From assembly GCF_009914755.1 (NCBI RefSeq), contig NC_060929.1: a DNA stretch of 64,000 bases. One strand, written 5' to 3'. This document shows, piece by piece, positions 54,800 to 64,000 of the stretch. Position numbers and translations under genes: made by a program. Below the pieces are notes generated by a model. It was given only the letters and a program-made list of their open reading frames with translations. It did no database searches and was not told the origin of the DNA. Every line of letters begins with the position of its first letter. Within the stretch, counting starts at the first letter, position 1. Source of the DNA: the human T2T-CHM13v2.0 reference genome, Homo sapiens.

Positions 54800-55272
54800 A
54801 CTACCAGGCGCAACAGCCAAAAGGTGGAAGCAACCCAAACGTCCACGGACAGAAGAATGAGCAAACAGAACGTGCACTGATACAGCGGGACGTGAGTCAG
54901 CCCTGGAGAGGAAGGAGTTCCTGCGCACGCTGCAGCATGATGGGCCTGGAGGACGTCACGCGATGGGAAGTAAGCCAGACACAGAAAGACAAATACGGAA
55001 GGATTCCACTTCTGGAGGCTCCTGCAGTCGCCAGATTCACAGGGGCAGAAGGTGGAATAGGGGGTGCCATCGGTGGGCTGGGCTAGGGGAGGCGAGACTG
55101 GGAAGTCGGTGGGCCCAGAGACTCCGTTTTGCAACATGAAGAGTTCTGGAGAGGGATGGTGGTGGTGACGGGTGCGTGACAATGTGAACATACTGAATGC
55201 CACTCAAGTGTACACTTAAGGATGGTTAAGACGGGAAATGTTATGGTATGTGTATTTTATCACAATTAAAGA
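54800..55272 (+). mobile_element. L1MB-type 3' end
   Basis: gccaaaaggtggaagcaacccaaa ... tgaatgccactcaagtgtacacttaa ... tattttatcacaattaaa. Confidence 0.8.
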
Positions 55273-57653
55273 AAACAAAACAAACACCCCAGGGGTCTCA
55301 GCTACCCCTGAGCGAGGCTGTGAGCCGGGCCGTCCTGATGGAGACTGTGGGGATGCTGCTGGCAGCCACAGCAGTGTCCCGTGTGAGGAGCCCGGCACTG
55401 TGGAGTCACAGAGGATGGCATCCCCAAGGTCACACAGTGGAGAAATGGCGGAACTGGAACTGGAACCCGGGTCTGTGTGACTTCGGAGTCTGTCCCCTGA
55501 ACATCTGTGTGTGATTTCCAGTGTGACCATGGCCAAGATTTTCTCATCCCACCACGTGTCGAGTGTCCCTTCAGACCTGGTCCTTCTCAACACCACTGGA
55601 AGCCCCTTTATATGACCCTCTTCCCAGAACTTTGGGAGGAAGTGGGGTGAGATGGCCTGAATCCTCCCAGACCTTCAGTCTGGAGCTCTATGAGATTGCT
55701 GGGGCTTCAGGGCCATCAGGGGGTGCACCTTGAGCAGAGAAGGCAAGCGAGGTCCCTGGAAAAGAGCTTCCGAGACCAGATCATTAAAACATCTCCCCAG
55801 ACCATTTCATTTGTTTTACAAGTCTCAGACCAACCTCAGAGCTGAAAACTGCCCAACAAGGGAGCATTCTCTCTGCACATTCCCAGCTTGGCCTCACAAA
55901 GCCCTCTGTCCCTTGGAGGAGTGAAGGAGTAGGTGTGTCCCGGTGGGTGTCTCTAAGGTGGGCCTGGGGACCCTACTGCTCCTGGAGGGGACACTGAGAC
56001 CCGGAGAGGCTGGCCAGCTTGCTCTGGTTCAGCCAGTGCTGCGGGCACTGTGGTCCTCCAGGAATTAAAATCACAGCCTCTTGCTCAACAAATACAGTTC
56101 ATTCCGAAGCTGCTTACGTCCCCCCCAGAGTCATCTTCCACCATCCATCATGCTGAACCGGGAGCCGAACAGCGCTGGGTCCTGCTGCTTGTGGGAAAGT
56201 CCTGAAGCCATCTGGAAAGCCAACACCACAGGCTGCCAGGGTTTTAAGGCACCGCCATAGTCTTCGTCTTCGTCATGTTTGTTTGGAACAACGGTTACTG
56301 TCCAGGCTGGTGACAGACCCCGACCACCCCAGTGACCAGAGCTGGTTAAGGTGGCTTGGACACGGTGCCATTCGGTGGATGAATGAATAGGGCCCTGTTA
56401 GGAGGGGCTGGGGTGGTAGGTGTCCCCAGTGTCACATTCACAGAGGGCCTCAAATGTGGACATTCATGTGCTCTACAAAGGAGCTGACAGCACCAGATAC
56501 CAGACAACCACAGCGGCCTCCAACAGTGTTTAATAAAAGCAAGAGCCGCCGGCACCATTTATCGAGTGTCAACTTTACACTTGGCCCCAATCTCGAGTCT
56601 ACGGTATTAACTCACATATTCCTGACCTCAAACCCATGAGGAAGGCTGTTACTGTTATCTCCATTTTATAGATGAAGAAACTGAGGCACAGGGAGGTTAA
56701 TGGGCTTTCTGAGGCCGTAGGCTGGTAGCCGGTAGAGTCACGCAGTTCTGATTGAGAGCCATGTCCTTAAACACTGCCTGGCTCTCTCTCATTGAAGAAG
56801 ATACTTATTAAAGGAGAGAGGTTAAATAGTCCACGGTTTTCATAACCTCTTCTTGGCATTTGTTAAGCTGCCCAGGATGTCTCTCAGAGGTCTGTGAATT
56901 AAATGTCTAATTACAAGGCCAGTGTGATCGGCAGCCCTGGAGACCCGAGACGACTCCAGCCCCCTTTATGCATAGCATGCCCTCCTTGTGCCATCCAAAA
57001 TGCCTGCAGTTTCTGGGCTGGTTCCTCTCCCTGAGTTAGGAGCGGATTTAGTTAAGCTTTTCCAATGGGATTAAGGAGTCCGGACCCATGACGCATCCTG
57101 GTGACATACCAGCCGTGCTGCAGCCCCAACACACCGTGTTCTCTGGAGCTCCAAGAGCATCTCCCCAAGGGCTCCGGTTGGAGGGCTCAGGCAAGGGGGT
57201 GCCCGGTGGGCTGGGGATGGTAGGACCTGCTGACGGGCTGAGCCCAGCAGGCCACGTGCTGGGGGCTTTTACCATCTCCTCAATCCTCTCGAGTAATTCT
57301 GAGATGTACAAGATTGGCCCCATTTACAGATAAAAACCCTGAGGCCCACAGGCAAAAGGACCATCCAAGGCTCAGAGCTGGTCAGGCCAGGGCGTTTGCC
57401 TGCACCAGTGATGCCCTCCTAAGTTCTTCCTTTTCAGGGAAATGACTGTGGTTTTGGCACCAGAGCTAAACATGGAATGTCCCACCCAGAGGGTGCAACA
57501 AGAAGGACGGGAAGGGGCAGGGCACGGGAAGGGGACAAGGGCTGGTCACGGTCTCCGGATCAGACTGTCAGAGCTCTTGTCAGTGCCTCCAGTCAAGGGG
57601 CTGAGGTTGCCCAGGGAGGAAAAGCATCAACGTTTTCTAGTAGAAGCACTGAC

Positions 57654-60136
57654 TTTTTTTTTTTTTTTTTTTTTTTTCAAGACAAATAATCTTTTATTCA
57701 TAGTCATGGTATCCTCCAGAGAAAATAAACTGATAATTGCTAATAAAAAAACAAGCACTGTATTCCTTGATTAGCTTGATTCCTTTGATTAGATTACAAC
57801 AATCTTGTAGTCTCAAATTATTACGAGGTAAACAATAGGTTTTATTCACCTACTTTTTAATACAGCATATCTTAGCTGAACATAAAACCCAGAGAATGTA
57901 TTACTGCGGAAACTGTGTTAAATTTTTTTTCTTCTGAAGCTGTGTGAAGAAAAGTTAGAGAGGTATTTGTTTAAGCAGTTTAAATATAATTCTACTTAGA
58001 ATCCAACTGGTCTTCACGGATGGTCATTCCAGCACTATAAACTTATGTTATATCCACTAATACACGTTCGTAATTCGATGATTCTTAGATATTTACTTCT
58101 AGATAGGAATCAATTAGATAGACCTAAAGAAGTTAGAAAGTATTCTGAAAAACAAAGAAACATATATGAAATACGTCTGGGTTTGTTACCTTCTTAATAT
58201 AATGTAACCTGTCTAGAGATTTCCAGAATGAAAAACGTAAGGTTGGAATGACTCTTATTAGTTTAATAAGAAAATATGTATCCTATAAAATATTTATGAT
58301 ATACAGAGTTTTAACGAAATTTGAACGATTAAAATTAAGCCTTGGCTGGATTTCATCAAATTCAGTGTGGAGCTTTGGAGACTCATTGAACAGTTCTTTC
58401 CTTAGATAATTACCTTGCTTAGAAGTGCTCCTATCCAGACAGAATTCCCGATTTTTTTCACTTACTAAGAGAAGTCTGTGCCTTCATGCCTTTATAAATG
58501 GAGTAAAGCATGAATACATTTTCTAGGAAGAGGGATCTTGTTTATTGGAATCAAACTATTTTAACTAGAATTATAGTAAGGAAAAATTCCAACCACAGTG
58601 ATATTTAAAATGGTTTTATTCTCTTTCTTAGCTTTTATCCATCTCTTTTTGTAAGCCACATACACTCAAACAAACTAATAATAACAGTAAGATCTAGTTT
58701 CAAGGTAGTGGACTGCAACATTGAAGTCTGTGGACTTCTTTGCAAAAAAAAAAAACGTTGCTTGGCATTAACAGTTTTTCTATCAAATACAAAATTCTGA
58801 GTGAGTTACATCACTAGAGAGTATACGAGTCTTCCACTCTGGTCGGCTTATTCTATGGAGTGAGACTGATACTACTGCTTATCTCATAGTTTTGTTATGA
58901 TAGTTAATATTTATTAAAAAACTCAGACTAATGTTTGACACAGTAAATGCTAAAGACATGCTTACAGAATAAATAAATACATTCATAAATAAGTCAGTCT
59001 CTGTTCTAGTCATGCCATATTAATTACAATCCACATGCTAGAGTTTGTGATATTCTCTCTGCCTGCTTCCCCACCTGTCTTTCTATTTATTTAAATCCTA
59101 TTATTCTTCAAGGACTGTGCAGATCCCACCTTTCTAAGCCCTTCAGGACAGACAACTCTGGACTCTACTAACCTCATGTTTCTCCTTCACTCATTTGCAC
59201 TTATGCACAAATATCCTGTTTGCTTTATTTAGCCTTTACTGTTGGTTGTTAACCAGGCAAGGGCATTAGAACTCCCTGAGTTGCTTTTCTAAAATGTATA
59301 TCCCTAGGCCAAACCCCTAGAATTGTTAGATTCAGTGAGTCCTGCCTGGCACCAAAACATGCACATTTTGAAAAGGTTCTTCAGCAAAACCAATATACGC
59401 CACTAGTCAAGATACACTGATCAAAATTACCTTTTGTTGCAGGTATGCAGATTTTCTTTATCAACACAATCATGAACATCTTGAAGACACAGACCATGCT
59501 TTGTTTTTCTTATGTAAACATGGCCACTACTGAATAACACTCCTCTTTCATGTTTCATTGTAAGATCTCTGAGAGTGGCGCCCAGGTTATGCCTTGCCAA
59601 TGGGTTGGGGAGCGTATTAGCCAGTTCTCATGCTGCTAATAAAAACATACCTGAGAATGGGCAATTTATAAAGAAAGAGAGGGTTAATGGACTCATGTGG
59701 CTGAGGAGGCCTCATAATCATGGCAGAAGGTGAAAGGCACATCTTACATGGTGGCAGGCAAGAGAGAATGTGAGCCAAGCAAAAGGGGAAACCCCTTATA
59801 TAAAACCACGAGATCTCGATGACTACCACAAGGACAGTATGGGGAAAACCACCCCCGTGATTCAATTATCTCCCAATGAGTCCCTCCCACAATACGTGGG
59901 AGTTATGGGAGCTACAGTTCAAGATGAGATTTGGGTGGGGACACAGCCACACCGTATCAGGGAGGGACAAAGAGAGCCACAGGTAGATCATTCAACTGTT
60001 GCCACAATTATGCTATGTCATGAATAACCACAAATCTTCAGTGATCTACCAAAAAAGGCCCTCTTGTTCATGTTTCCAGAATCCGCAGGAATAGGCTAGG
60101 CACCTGTGCTGGGTTTTCTCACACATTTGTGGGGTC
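57654..60136 (-). other. L1-mediated retro-insertion of non-coding sequence (orphan 3' transduction or 5'-truncated retrocopy)
   Basis: T24 at 57654-57677; tttatt (AATAAA on minus) at 57693-57698; TSD agaagcactg(a/c)ctttt at 57642-57657 and 60137-60152; abrupt shift to AT-rich composition. Confidence 0.85.
59613..59959 (-). mobile_element. THE1 (C/D-like) MaLR solo LTR
   Basis: cgtattagccagttctcatgctgctaataaa ... gagatttgggtggggacacagccacaccgtatca; 5-bp TSD gggag (59608-59612 and 59960-59964). Confidence 0.9.
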
Positions 60137-60388
60137 AGAAGCACTGCCTTTTGAAAGCCCCCAGCCTTCGGTGCCTTCCAGCAGAGACTTAAAGGGAGAG
60201 GTACTGACTGGGACTCCTTTTGATTGGCAGATGTAAGGCACGTGGGTGCCATGATGGGGAGCTAAGCCACAGGCCATTTCTCAGGCCTGGCAGAGCCCCT
60301 CCCCAGCCCCTTCGGCCCAGGCAGCTGAAGGGAGGACTGAGCAAAACCGATGGGAAGAGGGGAAAGCCCCTCAGCGTGCCTGAGACTA

Positions 60389-60810
<422 letters not shown>

Positions 60811-61647
60811 GGAAAGGGGCTCTCAAGGGTGGAGGTCAGGTGAACCTGAATACTTAAAGAGCCTGTAGCCAGGTGAAGGCAGGTGCTGGCTACAAAGAAG
60901 CATGTTGCCAACGCTGGCAGCAGGACTGCTGGTACCCTCACAGGCGGCAGGTACAGCCATGGTGCAGGCTGTGTCGGTGCTGGGTGGCCAGCGGTGGGTG
61001 GGGGGCTGGGGATATGGCTCTTGCTACATGGGCTGGTGGCCTGTGGCTTTGGGCTTGGTCAGACCCAGATCTGTGCTAGCGCAAGTAAGCTTTGCCCCAG
61101 AGCCTGTCATCTCCTGGGATCTTGTTTCCTGTTGGAAAACAGGCTCCAGAGAGGCGCATGTAAACCAGCACACCCCAAAGATCACAAATTCCTCAACTCT
61201 CCATTCACCCCGAGTCTTAATCACTGACACATGTACTCCTCTGAACTTAACGAAGGCCAGGATTTATTGCTTTCAGAGAATGAAAAGCTCTATTTTTTTT
61301 TTTAAACTTAAAAGGTCATTCGTGTGAGCTTTGATTTTCATGAGAATTCCTTGTAACCTGCCTGCTAAAAGCCCCACCCTATCCTACTCAGAGGTTCTAG
61401 GTGGGCAGGTGAGGCCTGGGGCATGGCCGGTGGGCGTGGGCAAGGCCTTTGGCAGGCACTTGCCAGGAGAAGCTGGGCATGCAACATGCGCCGTCCGCTC
61501 CCAGCCGAGCTGACCCTTGCAGGCCTTGGACAGGGAACTCTCGGGGTTCCTCGGAACCGTGGACCAGCGCCCTCCTGAGGGAAGAGTGCAGCAGCCCGGC
61601 ATGGCCCAGTTTTAACTTCCACGTCTCCTGGAGCTTGAGTGGGCACT

Positions 61648-61750
61648 GGGTTGACCGACTGTCACGGTTTGCTGGGGACTGAGGGGTTTCCCTGGGCTCT
61701 CAGTGCTGAAATCAGGTCAGTCTTAGGCAAACTGGAACTGCGGGTCACTC
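61648..61750. mobile_element. MER94-like hAT-Blackjack relic
   Basis: gggttgaccgactgtcacggtttg ... caaactggaactgcgggtcactc, resembling inverted termini. Confidence 0.6.
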
Positions 61751-62924
61751 CGAGGGCATCTGTAAGAAGGGAGGCCTCCCCCGCCCTATCGCCCTATCTG
61801 CCCACTGCTTCCCTGCACCCGGCCGCATGCCCCTCCGTCACTCCTCAGGCCTGCCAGGCTTGCCCTGCCTTGGGGCCTCTGCACCAGCTTCCCTCTGTCC
61901 AGGGCTCTCCTCTGCCCATTCCTGCATGGCTGAATGCTTGCCGCCTCCTCGGGATGCCTTCCCTGACCACCAGCCTCAATTTTCAAGTGCCTGCCTCATG
62001 CATTTGTTGTCAATTTTCCTCTTTTATCTTCTTCCAGACACTTATTTCTATGAAAATTGCCTAGCTTATTCTATGTGCTTTTCAGAGTTTATGGTTTCTC
62101 TCTTCTTGCTGGAACATCAGCTCCCTGAGGGCAGGGCTCCTGTACGCTGGCTCGTGGCTGCAGCCCCTGAGTGGGGCCATTAGTGGGGACCCCAAGGTGT
62201 TGGGTCCCCAGGCCGGAACAATGGTTGGCCTCGCTGGCACAGAGCCACCTGAATCGGGAAGAAGTGGGCACTGATGAGGCCCTTATGACCCCAGGCAGTG
62301 TGTAGCCAGGTTGTGCACAGGTAGACACAGCCCTGCGTCCCCTCACCTCATTCTCAGAGCAGGTCCCACGCGGCCCCCACGCCTGGCCCCTCAGCTGCCC
62401 AGCTCTGCAGGATGCTGAGGTCTGAGGAAGCCGCGCCAGCTGTGCAGTTTGCAGACCACAGCTTTGGAGGAGCCCGAGGGTGAAAGATTGGGGGGCTTGA
62501 GGAGCTGCTCCCAAATCCTGGCCTATGAGGCTACAAGGCCCGCCCAGTTCCCACGCATCCTTGCCTCGCACCCCAGGGGACTTGGGGTGATTCATGACTT
62601 CTTTTTGACCCCCAGGGCCAGGGCTGAGGCCCGGCTTCCGCCAAAGAGTTTCAGCTGTTGGGCCGGGTCTGATGTGCCTGGCCCTTGTCAGCAGAGGGTG
62701 CCTCCCGGTGTCTCACACCCTCCTTTCCCTCTAAAGCCACAGCTCTCCGCTGTGGGGGCCTTCTGTGGGCCTGGAGGTCGCATGGGCCCAGAGCTGGATC
62801 CTGCCTCCTGCGCACTCCAGAGGTGGGGTGTGGGCAGGCTGTGCGCTCAGCCATAGGTGGTTCTTTGTCCTTGCCCTGAGAGGGCAGCCACAGTGTGTCC
62901 AGCTGTGTTTTGGGCAGCAGGATT

Positions 62925-64000
<1,076 letters not shown>

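Noticed and set aside
58280-58460. Roughly 55-codon open stretch on the minus strand inside the retro-insert
   Set aside because: The stretch I read has no ATG and no recognisable protein similarity, which is insufficient to call a processed pseudogene CDS.

Overview
GC-rich primate (most likely human) genomic DNA lying entirely inside one minus-strand gene, the transmembrane collagen COL23A1. Ten small coding exons (45, 8, 27, 27, 27, 27, 117, 36, 27, 27 nt; probably exons 3-12) have canonical AG/GT sites and splice into an uninterrupted Gly-X-Y frame. The introns hold about 24 Alu copies or fragments, old L1/L2/MIR fragments, LTR26 and THE1 solo LTRs, DNA-transposon relics, a (CCAT)n tract and a CpG-rich 33-bp VNTR. 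Four features stand out. (1) An inverted repeat pairs the branch/3' splice region of the 27-nt GQSGRDGYP exon with that exon's own 5' splice site. (2) An 8-nt microexon changes splice phase and is required to keep the frame. (3) A 2.5-kb AT-rich, polyadenylated, TSD-flanked retro-insertion contains no recognisable L1 or Alu sequence. (4) A tailless tRNA-Met half retrocopy is present. Gene identity, exon numbers and repeat subfamily names come from recalled consensus sequences, not from database searches.
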